A stretch of DNA of 64,000 bases from contig JAPDFW010000069.1 in NCBI GenBank assembly GCA_028826165.1, forward strand, positions 1 through 64,000, given 5' to 3'. A program made the position numbers and the translations under genes. Every line of letters begins with the position of its first letter. Within the stretch, counting starts at the first letter, position 1. The notes under the pieces were generated by a model. It ran no database searches and was not told where the DNA came from. It saw only the letters and a list, made by a program, of their open reading frames with translations. This DNA comes from Anaeramoeba ignava BMAN (taxonomy: Eukaryota; Protista; Anaeramoebae). This document shows positions 37,037-48,232 of the stretch, in pieces.

Positions 37037-38802
37037 ATGAATGAAATTATATTTTTTGGTTCAAATCAAAATCCAAAACTTTTCAAAAATGAACCAAATA
37101 AAATAACAAAACCAATTCAATTTAAATTTGAAAATGAAAATGAAAATGAAAATGAAAAACAAATTAAACAAATTTCATCAGGAGATTTTTCAACAATTTT
37201 CCTTTTTAAAAATGGAAAATCAATAGAATATTTAAATGAAAATGATTCAAAACAAAATCCTTCAAAAATCCAAATTGAAAATATTCAAAAAGTAACTGTT
37301 GGTTTTCAAAACAAAGCTATTTTAACAAAAGAAGGAAATGTATTTGCCAAAGGAGATGATATTAATCTAAATAATACAAAAGAATTTATCAATATTTCAT
37401 CATTAATTGAAAATAAAAATGATAGAATAATTCAAGATATTGTTTCTGGAGCTAATTCAATTTACTTATTAACTTCAAATCAAAATGCTTATGGAATTGG
37501 TTTAAATGAATTTGGTCAACTTGGTTTTGATTATGAAGCATTTAATGAAACAAAAAAACCAATTTTAATGATGAAAAATGTTTCTAAAATATTTTCAGGA
37601 AATTCTTCAAAATATGTTTTTCTTTTAAATTTAAATCAAGAATTATTTGGATGTGGAAATAATTTTTATTTTCAACTTGGATTAGGAGAATCAAGAAGAG
37701 AAATACAAACCCAAAAATTAACCAAAATTCAAAATATTCCAAAAGGTAAAATAATTGCTATTCATTCAATAATGTTAATTGAAAATGGAAATGAAAATCC
37801 AAAAAGAAAAATTTATTCATGTGGGAATTATCGATTAAATGGACTTGGACAAAAATGAAAATACTTATGAATTTACTGAAATAAAATCATCTTTATTTGA
37901 AAATGATATTATTATTGATTTTTCTGTTGGATATCACTATATTTTGATTTTAACTTCCAAAGGGAAATTAATTGGATTTGGAAATAATTATTATGCTCAA
38001 TTAGGAACTGGAAATACAAAAAACAAAGAATTCCAATTGAAATTGAACTTCCTAAATTAAGATTTAATGAAGATATTTCCAATTATCATATTTCTTGTGG
38101 ATATCACAAATCATTTCTTTATTATTCTCCTTTCTCTTCTTTTTCTAATCTTGAAGAAGATTTGATAAAATTATTTGAAAGAAAAGAATTTTGTAATATT
38201 TCATTTAAAACAGAAAATGGAGAAATAATCAAAGCTCATAAATTAATATTGAAATATAGATTAAATCAAAATCAAAATCAAATTGAAAAACTTCAAGAAA
38301 TTATTTCAAAAAAATCAATTAAAGAATCAAATCAAATATTTGAAATGATTTATTCAAACAATTCCAAAATAAATTCAAAATTATATTTTGAAATTAAAGA
38401 AATTATAAATTCAAATGAAAAAATTGAAGAAACAATTAAAAGAATTTATTTAAATGAAAATGAAAATGAAAAAGATTTTATAATTGAAAGAAAAGAAAAG
38501 AAAAGAAATATAAATTTCCCAAATTAATATTAATAATGAGAAGTGAATTATATCGAGGAATGTTTTTATCTGTAACAAATGATAATTCAAATAAAGTTAC
38601 AGATTATAGTGAATTAAGTAATAAATCATTTCAAATATTTGAATATTGGATTTATTCAAATCAAATTAAAAATGAAATTCAAATTACACAAGAAATTATT
38701 AATGAAATTCAAATTGGAATTGATTATTTTCAATTAAATCAAACAAATCCAAATTTATTTGATTTATTAATTAAGAAATTTAATAACCAAAATCAATATT
38801 AA
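37037..38802 (+). pseudogene. RCC1-repeat + BTB paralog (copy E) with frameshifts
   Basis: Four consecutive ORF pieces align with the paralogs. Frameshifts near 37850, 38030 and 38500, plus an in-frame deletion at KIIAIHSIM (DIQCG loop lost). Some breaks may be sequencing errors. Confidence 0.65.
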
Positions 38803-38849
38803 AATCAAAATTAAAATTAAAATCAAAATTAAAATTAAAATCAAAATTA

Positions 38850-39250
38850 TTAAATTATTCAGAATAAGTTTAGATTAATTTAAATAAATAAAAATTAATA
38901 AAATATATAAAATAAGATTTATTTTAAATCTAATTATTTATTATTATTGATTTAATTTTTGAAATAAATTAATTAAAATATTTTATTAATTTTTAAAATT
39001 ATTCAGAATAAGTTTAGATTATTTTAAATAAAGAAAAATTAATAAAATATATAAAATAAGATTTAATTTTAAATCTAATTATTTATTATTATTGATTTAA
39101 TTTTTGAAATAAATTAATTAAAATATTTTATTAATTTTTTAAAATTATTCAGAATAAGTTTAGATTATTTTAAATAAAGAAAAATTAATAAAATATAAAA
39201 TAAGATTTATTTTAAATCTAATTATTTATTATTATTGATTTAATTTTTTC
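38850..39250. repeat. Tandem repeat, ~145-bp unit, ~2.7 copies
   Basis: ATTCAGAATAAGTTTAGATT recurs at ~38857, ~39001 and ~39147. Confidence 0.9.
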
Positions 39251-39286
39251 ATTTTTTTCATTTCATTTTTTTTTATTAAAATTAAA

Positions 39287-41727
39287 ATGAATTTAAAAAG
39301 AAAACTTTTTATTTTCTTCATTTTATTAATTTTCTTTAATGAAGTGATTACAACAAAAGATAAAGTCATTAAAAAGGAAATAAAAGAAGAAACAAAATTT
39401 GATTATGAAAAGACAAACAGAAAAAGCAAAAAAAATTTTGAAAAAGAAAAAGAAGAAGAAGAATTAAGATGGAACGAAATTGAACAAATACTTTCCAATG
39501 ACGGATATCAAGGGGATCGATTTAGTTACTCAATTTCAATTTCTGAGAACAGAAAATATCTAGTTGTTGGAGCACCTTTTGCAAGTGTTAATGGAACAGT
39601 AGATCAAGGAAAAGTTTATGTTTTTGAAAATAACGGAACAAATTGGATTCAAACTGAAATTTTAATTGCAATTGATGGGAATCATGATGAATATTTTGGA
39701 TCAAGTCTTTCAATTTCAAGAGATGGAACTTTTATTGTTGTTGGATCTCCTTCTGCGAGTGTTAGTGGATATCCTTCAGAAGGAAAAGCTTATGTTTTTG
39801 AGCATAACGGAACAAATTGGGTTCAAACTCAAATGCTATTTTCAAATGATAGTGAAAGTTATGAATATTTTGGATCAAGTATTTCAATTTCACAAAATCA
39901 AACATATCTTTTTATTGGAGCTCCTTTTGCAACTGTGAATGGAAATACGTCTCAAGGAAAAGTTTATGTTTTTGAAAATAATGGAACAAATTGGGTTCAA
40001 TCTCAAGTTTTAATAGCAATTAATGGAAGTTTTTATTATGAATTTGGATCAACCATTTCAATTTCTGAAAATGAGAATTATCTTGTGATTGGAGCTCCTT
40101 TTGCAAGTGTAAATGGAAGTAGTTCTCAAGGAAGAGTTTATATCTTCACAATCAATGGAACAGATTGGGTTCAATCCCAAGCTTTAATAGCAAGTGATGG
40201 GGGTTCTTATTATCATTTTGGATCAAGTATTTCAATTTCTGAAAATGAAAATGATCTTTTTATTGGAGCTCCTGGTGCAACTGTGAATGGGAATGATTCT
40301 CAAGGAAAATTCTATGTTTTCAAAAATAATGGAACAGATTGGGTTGAATCTCAAGCTTTAATAGCAAGTGATGGGAATGCTTATAATCATTTTGGATCAA
40401 GTATCTCGGTTTCACAAAATGATACATTTCTTGTGATTGGAGCTCCTGGTGCGAATGTTAGAGCAAATACTTCTCAAGGAAAAGCATATGTTTTTGAAAA
40501 CAACGGAACAAATTGGGTTCAAACTCAAATTTTAATTGCAAGTGATGGGAATCCAACTGATCGATTTGGATTTAGTGTTTGCGCTTTATTGAATGATATT
40601 TTTGTTGGAGCTACTTTTTCGAGTACTGAAAGTAATTCAGGTCAAGGAGAAATATATGTTTTTGCAAAATTCCCAGCTCCTTCGCAAGTCAATCTTTTGA
40701 ATTGCAGTTCTTTGTTTTCTTCATTTAACTGCTATTGGAATCAAATTGTGAATGATTCAAGTGAAATTGAATATCAAATCATTTACAATTCTTCATGGGA
40801 AGTGATTCAATCACCAAATCTAAATCAAGACACGTACTATCAAGTTTTCAATTCCTCAATCTATCCAACTATCACAGGAAATGCAGATTATTCAATTGAA
40901 ATCAAAGCTTGCAATACATCAAAAACACCAAAAGTTTGCGGAAAAAATTCAAATGCCTGGAATTTACAAACAAGAATTGATTCTGTTACAGATTTTCATT
41001 TGAAGGCTTTATCAGGAGAATCAATCGAGGTTTCATGGAATTATCCAAATGTTCAAATCATTGATTCAGTTCCAAAATTAGATCACTATATGATTTCTTA
41101 TGAAAAACAGAATTCGTATCAATCAACAAACATCTCAGTATTGAACTCTTCTACTTCATATCAGATAACTAATTTGGATTCAGAATCACTGTATTCCATT
41201 TCCATTTGGGTTGCAGGACTGAGGGATGTTCTGGGGAAGATCAAGGAGAAATCAAATCAGGATCAAATTCAACCTTATTTGGAAAAGTATTAAATCTTCA
41301 ATGTTCTAATTTGGAAGATTATCATGTGTCATGTTCTTGGAATCCACCAAATAGTATTGGAACTCCTGATTATTATAACTTCACTTATCAAGCAACAACT
41401 CAAAATGATTTCAATACAATAAACACAAATATGTTGTCTCAAGAATTTATCGCAAAATTTTCAAATCAAGAATATCAAATCAATGTTTCTGCTTGTGATT
41501 CATTACTTCAATGTGGAACTATCTCATCAGTTAGAATTACAACTTTGAATTCAAATCAAAATTCTCAAAGTAGTTCAAAATCTACAAAAATTGCTATTGG
41601 TGTTGTTTTCTCAATTATTGGTGTTGTTTTGATTGTTCTTGGAATAATTTTGATTCAAAGAAAGAAAAAAAGTAAAAACACAGATTATTCACAACTTGAA
41701 TTGGAAACAAGGGATGATCGAGATTAA
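39287..41727 (+). CDS. Type I membrane protein: signal peptide, FG-GAP beta-propeller, FN3 domains, TM helix, short tail (frameshift at ~41207)
   Basis: About seven FGSSISIS...GAP...GKVYVF repeats, FN3-like VSWNYP/YMISY/YSISIW and CSWNPP, TM IAIGVVFSIIGVVLIVLGIILI followed by RKKK. One extra G in the run at ~41207 joins the two ORFs. Confidence 0.85.
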
Positions 41728-41729
41728 TT

Positions 41730-42820
41730 TAAATCAAAATTCAAAATCAAAATTAAAACAAAATTCAATTCAAAATTCAATTCAAAATTTAAAACTAAAA
41801 TCAAAATTTAAAACTAAATTTTAAAACTAAATTCAAAACTAAATTTAAATCAAAATTTAAAACAAAATTTAAAACTAAAATTTAAATCAAAATTTAAAAC
41901 AAAATTTAAAACTAAAATTTAAATCAAAATTTAAAACAAAATTCAATTCAAAATTTAAAACTCAAATTTAAAACTAAATTCAAAACTAAATTTAAAAACA
42001 AAATTTAAAACAAAAAAATCAAAAAAAACTAAATTCAAAATTTAAAACAAAATTTAAAAACAAAATTAATTCAAAATTCAATTCAAAATTTAAAACAAAA
42101 TTCAAAAATTTAAAAAAAAAAATTTAAATTCAAAAAAAAATTTAAAAAACTAAAACAAAAAAACTAAATTTAAAACTAAATTTAAAACTTAAAAATTTAA
42201 AACTAAATTTTAAAACAAAATTCAATTCAAAAAATTCAAAATTCAAAATTTGGGAAACTAAATTCAAAAAAATTAAAAATTCAATTCAAAATTCAATTCA
42301 AAATTCAATTCAAAAATTCAAAAACTAAAATTTAAAACTAAATTTAAAACTAAATTTAAAAACTAAATTTAAAATCAAAATTCAATTCAAAAAAATCAAA
42401 TTTTAAATCAATTTAAAACTAAATTTTAAAACTAAATTCAAAACAAAATTTAAAACTAAAACAAAATTCAAAACAAAATTTAAAACTAAAATTCAAAACA
42501 AAATCAAAATTCAATTCAAAATTCAAAATTTAAAACTAAATTTAAAACTAAATTCAAACCAAAATTCAAAACTAAATTCAAAATCAAAATTAAAACAAAA
42601 TTCAATTCAAAATTCAATTCAAAATTCAATTCAAAATTCAATTCAAAATTCAAAATTTAAAACTTAATTTTAAATCAAAATTTAAAACTAAATTTAAAAC
42701 TAAATTTAAAACTAAATTTAAAACTAAAATTTAAATCAAAATTTAAATCAAAATTCAAAACAAAATTCAATTCAAATTTAAAACTAAATTTAAATCAAAA
42801 TTCAAAATTAAATTTTAAAA
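41730..42820. repeat. Degenerate A-rich low-complexity satellite (AAAATTC/AAAACTAAATTT units)
   Basis: Imperfect tandem repeats, intergenic. Confidence 0.85.
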
Positions 42821-43072
42821 GAAATCCACTTTTTCAATTTCAATAATTTTTTTAATTGATCTTGACTTCAAAAAAGAAAAAAATAAAAAAATTTATTAAA
42901 AATAGTCTCCTTTTTAAAAAAAAAAAAAAGAAAAAAGAAGAACATCAAAAAAAAAAAAGTAGTCTTTTTCCTTTTAATATTTTGTTTGGAAATCAAAAAA
43001 TCTTTCTTTTGGGAAATTATTTTTTTTATTTCAAAATTTGTAAAAATTAAATAAAACAAAATAATTTATTAA

Positions 43073-43732
43073 ATGATTATGGAGGAAAAATTTTTGGAAA
43101 GTTTAATAAGAATGGATATGGATATTGAAAATGAAGCAATAGAAGAAATGAGAAAAGAAATTCATTTTGTTTTAAATGAAAAGAAAAACCCACTTTTTGA
43201 TTTTTTTGAAACTTTATCAACTGAATCAACTTTATCAACTTTATCAACTGAAAAATCAACTGAATCAACTGAAATATCAAGTCAATCAAATGAAATATCA
43301 AATGAAATATCAAATCAAATTTCAAGTCAATCAAATGAATCAAATGAAATATCAAGTGATTTAAATTTAATAGATGAAACAAATGAAAATCAACAAGAAA
43401 TCAAAAAAAGAAGAAAAGGAAAAAAAGGATCTCCAAAAATTGGATATAAAATTGATAAAATTGCTTCCCTTTATCCTCAATATTTTGAAGGTTGGAATTC
43501 TACTACTTATAGAAATTTTAGAAACAATAACATTATTCCTGATCGAGTTGTGATTAAAGATGAAGCAATTTTTATTTTGGCAAAGCTTGATCCTCCAAAT
43601 AGAAATAAATCTAATCCTCAATGGAAAAATACAAGAAAAAGTGTTACAAGAATTCTTCAAGATATGAATTTGAAAAATGAAGCATCTCGATATAAAAGAA
43701 CTGCTATTGTTAGAGTGAAAAAAGAAAATTGA
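43073..43732 (+). CDS. Hypothetical protein, 219 aa (acidic S/T-rich middle, basic patch, globular C-terminus)
   Basis: Clean ATG-stop ORF with a non-repetitive C-terminal domain and an NLS-like KKRRKGKK patch. Confidence 0.7.
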   Translation: MIMEEKFLESLIRMDMDIENEAIEEMRKEIHFVLNEKKNPLFDFFETLSTESTLSTLSTEKSTESTEISSQSNEISNEISNQISSQSNESNEISSDLNLIDETNENQQEIKKRRKGKKGSPKIGYKIDKIASLYPQYFEGWNSTTYRNFRNNNIIPDRVVIKDEAIFILAKLDPPNRNKSNPQWKNTRKSVTRILQDMNLKNEASRYKRTAIVRVKKEN

Positions 43733-43793
43733 TTATTTTTGCAAATATTTGTTTTAATGTTTTAATGTTTTAATTTTTAATGTTTTAATTTTT

Positions 43794-43800
43794 TCATTTT
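43794..43800 (+). promoter_or_regulatory. Initiator-like TCATTTT core-promoter motif (one example; recurs before most genes)
   Basis: TCATTTT in a T-tract ~20 nt before AAAATG. The same motif precedes most start codons in the window on the coding strand. Confidence 0.5.
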
Positions 43801-43813
43801 TTTCTTTTTAAAA

Positions 43814-45589
43814 ATGAATGATTGTTTATTTTTTGGTTCAAATCAAAAACCAAAACTTATCAAAAATAAATCAAATAGAATAAAAAAACCAATTCAATTT
43901 AAATTTGAAAATGAAAATGAAAATGAAAATGAAAATGAAAAACAAATTAAACAAATTTCATCAGGTTATTTTTCAATAATTTTCCTTTTTAAAAATGGAA
44001 AAGCAATAGAATATTTACAAAATTCAAATCAAAATCCTTCAAAAATTCAAATTGAAGAAAATATTCAAAAAGTATCTGTTAGTGATCAAAATGAAGCTAT
44101 TTTAACAATAGAAGGAAATGTATTTGCCAAAGGAAAAGATATTAATCCAAATAATCAAAATGAATTTATCAATATTTCATCATTAATTGAAGATATAAAT
44201 GATAGAATAATTGAAGATATTGCTTCTGGAGATAGTTCAATTTACTTATTAACTTCAAATCAAAATGCTTATGGAATTGGTTCAAATAAATATTGTTCAC
44301 TTGGTTTTGATTCTAAAACACTTAAAAAAACAGAAAAACCAATTTTAATGATGAAAAATGTTTCTAAAATATTTTCAGGAAATAATTCAGAACATGTTTT
44401 TCTTTTAAATTCAAATCAAGAATTATTTGGATGTGGCGATAATGAATATGATCAACTTGGATTAGGAGAATCAAGAAAAGAATATATCACAAAATTAACC
44501 AAAATCCAAAATATTCCAAAAGGTAAAATAATTGATATTCAATGTGGATTTGCTTTTTCAATAATGTTGATTGAAAATGAAAATCAAAATCAAAATCAAA
44601 ACCCAAAAAGAAAACTTTATTCATGTGGAAATTCTGGATTGAATGGACTTGGTAAAGATGAAAATACCCATGAATTTACTGAAATCAAATCATCTTTATT
44701 TGAAAATGATGATAATATTCTTGATTTTTCTATTGGACTTAATCATACTTTGGTTTTAACATCAAAAGGGAAATTAATTGGATTTGGATGTAATGATTAT
44801 ATTCAATTAGGAACTGGAGATACATATTATCAAAAATTCCCAATTCAAATTGAACTTCCTAAATTAAGATTTAATGAAGATATTTCTAATTATCATGTTT
44901 CTTGTGGATATGAAAGATCATTTCTTTATTATTTACCTCCTTTTTCCAATCTTGAAGAAGATTTGATAAAATTATTTAGAAGAAAAGAATTTTGTGATAT
45001 TTCATTTAAAACCAAAAATGGAGAAATAATTGAAGCTCATAAATTAATATTGAAATATAGATTAAATCAAAATCAAAATCAAAATGAAATTGAAAAACTT
45101 CAAGAAATTATTTCAAAAAAATCAATTAAAGAATCAAATCAAATATTTGAAATGATTTATTCAAACAGAATAATAAATCCAAAATTATATTCTGAAATTA
45201 AAGAAATTATAAATTCAAATGAAAAAATTGAAGAAACAATGAAAAGAATTTATTTAAATGAAAATGAAAAAGATTTTATAATTGAAAGAAAAGAAAAACA
45301 ATATAAATTTCCTAAATTAATATTAATAATGAGAAGTGAATTATATCGAGGAATGTTTTTATCTGTAACAGAAGATAAATCTAATAAAGTTACAGATTAT
45401 AGTGAATTAAGTAATAAATCATTTCAAATATTTGAATATTGGATTTATTCAAATCAAATTAAAGATGAAATTCAAATTACAAAAGAAATTATTAATGAAA
45501 TTAAAATTGGAATTGATTATTTTCAATTAAATGAAACAAATCCAAATTTATTTGATTTATTAATTAAAAAATTTAATAATCAAAATTAA
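43814..45589 (+). CDS. RCC1-repeat + BTB protein (copy F), 591 aa
   Basis: Intronless ORF with a scaffold nearly identical to copies B-D. Confidence 0.9.
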   Translation: MNDCLFFGSNQKPKLIKNKSNRIKKPIQFKFENENENENENEKQIKQISSGYFSIIFLFKNGKAIEYLQNSNQNPSKIQIEENIQKVSVSDQNEAILTIEGNVFAKGKDINPNNQNEFINISSLIEDINDRIIEDIASGDSSIYLLTSNQNAYGIGSNKYCSLGFDSKTLKKTEKPILMMKNVSKIFSGNNSEHVFLLNSNQELFGCGDNEYDQLGLGESRKEYITKLTKIQNIPKGKIIDIQCGFAFSIMLIENENQNQNQNPKRKLYSCGNSGLNGLGKDENTHEFTEIKSSLFENDDNILDFSIGLNHTLVLTSKGKLIGFGCNDYIQLGTGDTYYQKFPIQIELPKLRFNEDISNYHVSCGYERSFLYYLPPFSNLEEDLIKLFRRKEFCDISFKTKNGEIIEAHKLILKYRLNQNQNQNEIEKLQEIISKKSIKESNQIFEMIYSNRIINPKLYSEIKEIINSNEKIEETMKRIYLNENEKDFIIERKEKQYKFPKLILIMRSELYRGMFLSVTEDKSNKVTDYSELSNKSFQIFEYWIYSNQIKDEIQITKEIINEIKIGIDYFQLNETNPNLFDLLIKKFNNQN

Positions 45590-45979
45590 ATTTAAAATTA
45601 AAAATTAAAATTAAAATCAAAATTAAAATTAAAATTAAAATTAAAATTAAAAATTAAAATTAAAATTAAAATTAAAATCAAAATTAAAAAATTAAAATTA
45701 AAAATTAAAATTAAAATTAAAATTAAAATTAAAATAACATTTGACATTTTGAAATTAAAATTAAAATTTAAATTAAAAAAAACAAATCAAAAATTAAAAT
45801 TAAAAATTTAAAAAAAAATAAAAAAAGGAAAAATTTAAAATGAAAATTTTTCATTTTTGATTCAAAGAAAATGGCAAAATTTAAAAAGAATAAAAAGGAA
45901 AAAAAAAATTTTTTTCTGATCATTTTTTTTTTATTTTTTTTTTTTGATCAATTCAAATTTTAAAAAATTCTCAATAAAA

Positions 45980-47920
45980 ATGGAATCAATTTCACCACGT
46001 GGATCAGGAATTAAACATTATAAATTTATAAAAACAATTGGACAAGGAAGTTTTTCCAAAGTTAAATTAGCAATTGATACAAAAACCAAACAATCAGTTG
46101 CAATAAAAGCAATTTACAAAACAAATTTAAAAGAAACAACAAAAAAATTTTTAAAAAGAGAAATATTAATTTTGAAATTAATTGAACATCCAAATATTGT
46201 GAAGTTAATTGATGTTTTTGAAGATCACAATTTTCTTTATATAATTACAGAATATATTTCAGGAGGAGAATTATTTGATTATATAGTTGCACATAAAAGA
46301 GTAAAAGAGCAACAAGCACGTAAATTTTTTGCACAAGCATTATCAGGTATTTTTAAAAGAAAAAAACAATTTTTTATTCCAATTTTTTATTCCAATTTTT
46401 TAAATTTGTTTTAAATTTATTCCAATTTTTTATTCCAATTTTTTATTCCAATGTTTTAAATTTGTTTTAAATTTGTTTTAAATTTGTTTTAAATTTGTTT
46501 TAAATTTGTTTAATAGCTGTTCATTATTGTCATCAATTACATCTTATTCATAGAGACTTAAAACCTGAAAATTTACTTCTTGATTCCAAAAAAAATATCA
46601 AAATTATTGATTTTGGTCTTTCTAATTTTACAACTACAAATAATTTATTAGATACTTTTTGTGGTTCTCCTTCTTATTCTGCTCCAGAATTAATTCAAGG
46701 CCAACAATATATTGGAGAAAAAGCTGATATTTGGTCTTTAGGAATTATTTTATACACTCTTCTTGTTGGATCTTTACCTTTCCAAGATTCAAATTTGTCA
46801 AAACTCTGCCAACAAATTATCAAAGGAAATTTTTCAATTCCAAAATTTGTTTCTAAAAAAGCTCAAGATCTTTTACAGAAAATTATTGTTGTTGATCCTG
46901 AAAAAAGATTAACTCTTGATCAAATTATTAATCATCCTTGGATGAAAAAAGTGAAAAATTCTTTTTTTGAAAATTCTCAAAAAATCCAAAAAATGTTGAC
47001 TTACAAAGAATTAGATATTTATCCTGGAATCATTTCCAAAATGGTTAAAATGGGATTTGAGTATAATATTGTTTTGGAATCAATTATCAAAAATGAACAT
47101 AATTTAATAGTTTCCTCTTATTTGATGTTAGTTCAAAAAAAAATTGAAAAACATCTTCGAAAAACAGAAATCAAAGAAAAAAGAAAAAGAAAAAGAAAAA
47201 CTTGATTTAAAATCTCAAAAAGCTTTTAGAAGAAGTAGAAGTGCTCAAAATATCCAAATTCTTGATTCAAAAAATATTTTGTTTGAAACTCCTAAAATTC
47301 AAACTCATAATGAAGAATTATTTAGACAACTTCATCATAATTATGATCAAAACTATTTTCGAGAAATTTTCAAATCCAAATCAATTCAAAATGAAAATGA
47401 AAATGAAAATGAAAATGAAAATATTTCATTCCAAATTAATCCAATTCCTTTCAAAAAAAATCCAAGACCTCTTACATCCAATTTTGAACAACAAAAAATT
47501 CAAGAATTATTTGATGAAAAAGAAAAAGAAAATGAAAAGAAAAAATCCCAAAAAATCAAAATTTCTTCAAATTCTTCTTCTTCTTCAAATTCTTCTTCTT
47601 TTCCTTTTCAAAATGAACAAGAAACAGGAATTAAAATTGTAAAACCTTCAACTTTTGATATTACAACTACTGCTAATTATTCTTCTAAAAAAATGATTCA
47701 AATGTGCAAAAAAGTTTTGAAGAAAAATTTAATCCAATTTAAAATTTCCAAACCTTTTTTACTTAAATGTAGAATTGGAGATTTGAAATTTCAAATTGAA
47801 GTGATTGAAATTCCTGATCTTAAAAAGTTCAGTATGATCAAGTTTAAAAGAAAAAATGGGAATAATTGGGAATTTGAAGTTCTTAGAAATAAAATTGTTT
47901 CTGAAATGAATTTGAATTGA
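45980..47920 (+). CDS. MARK/SNF1-AMPK-related Ser/Thr kinase with UBA-like and KA1 domains; intron 46347-46516; frameshift ~47170
   Basis: GQGSFSKVKLA, VAIK, GGELFDYIV, HRDLKPEN, DFG, TFCGSPSYSAPE; KA1-like FQIEV...IKFKRKNGNNWEF..L...I..EMNL. Confidence 0.9.
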
Positions 47921-48232
47921 GAGAAATTAATTTGAAAAATTGGACAAATAATAAAAGAATTCAAATGAATCTTTTCTTTTCTTTTTTTTAAATTTAAATT
48001 AACTAATTAATTATTATTATTATTATTACGAAATTCTTTATTGATATGTTCATTTGTAGATTTCCCAAAAAAAAGCCAACAAACAATTTTTTGATTTTGT
48101 AATTTTGTTTTAAAAGAGTTAATTGGAAAAAAATATATTTCTTTTTTTTTGGAAATGAATTTTTTTCAAATTCCTAAAATTAAGATTAAAATTAAGATTA
48201 AAATTAAAATTAATTCAAAAAGTTTGACTTAC

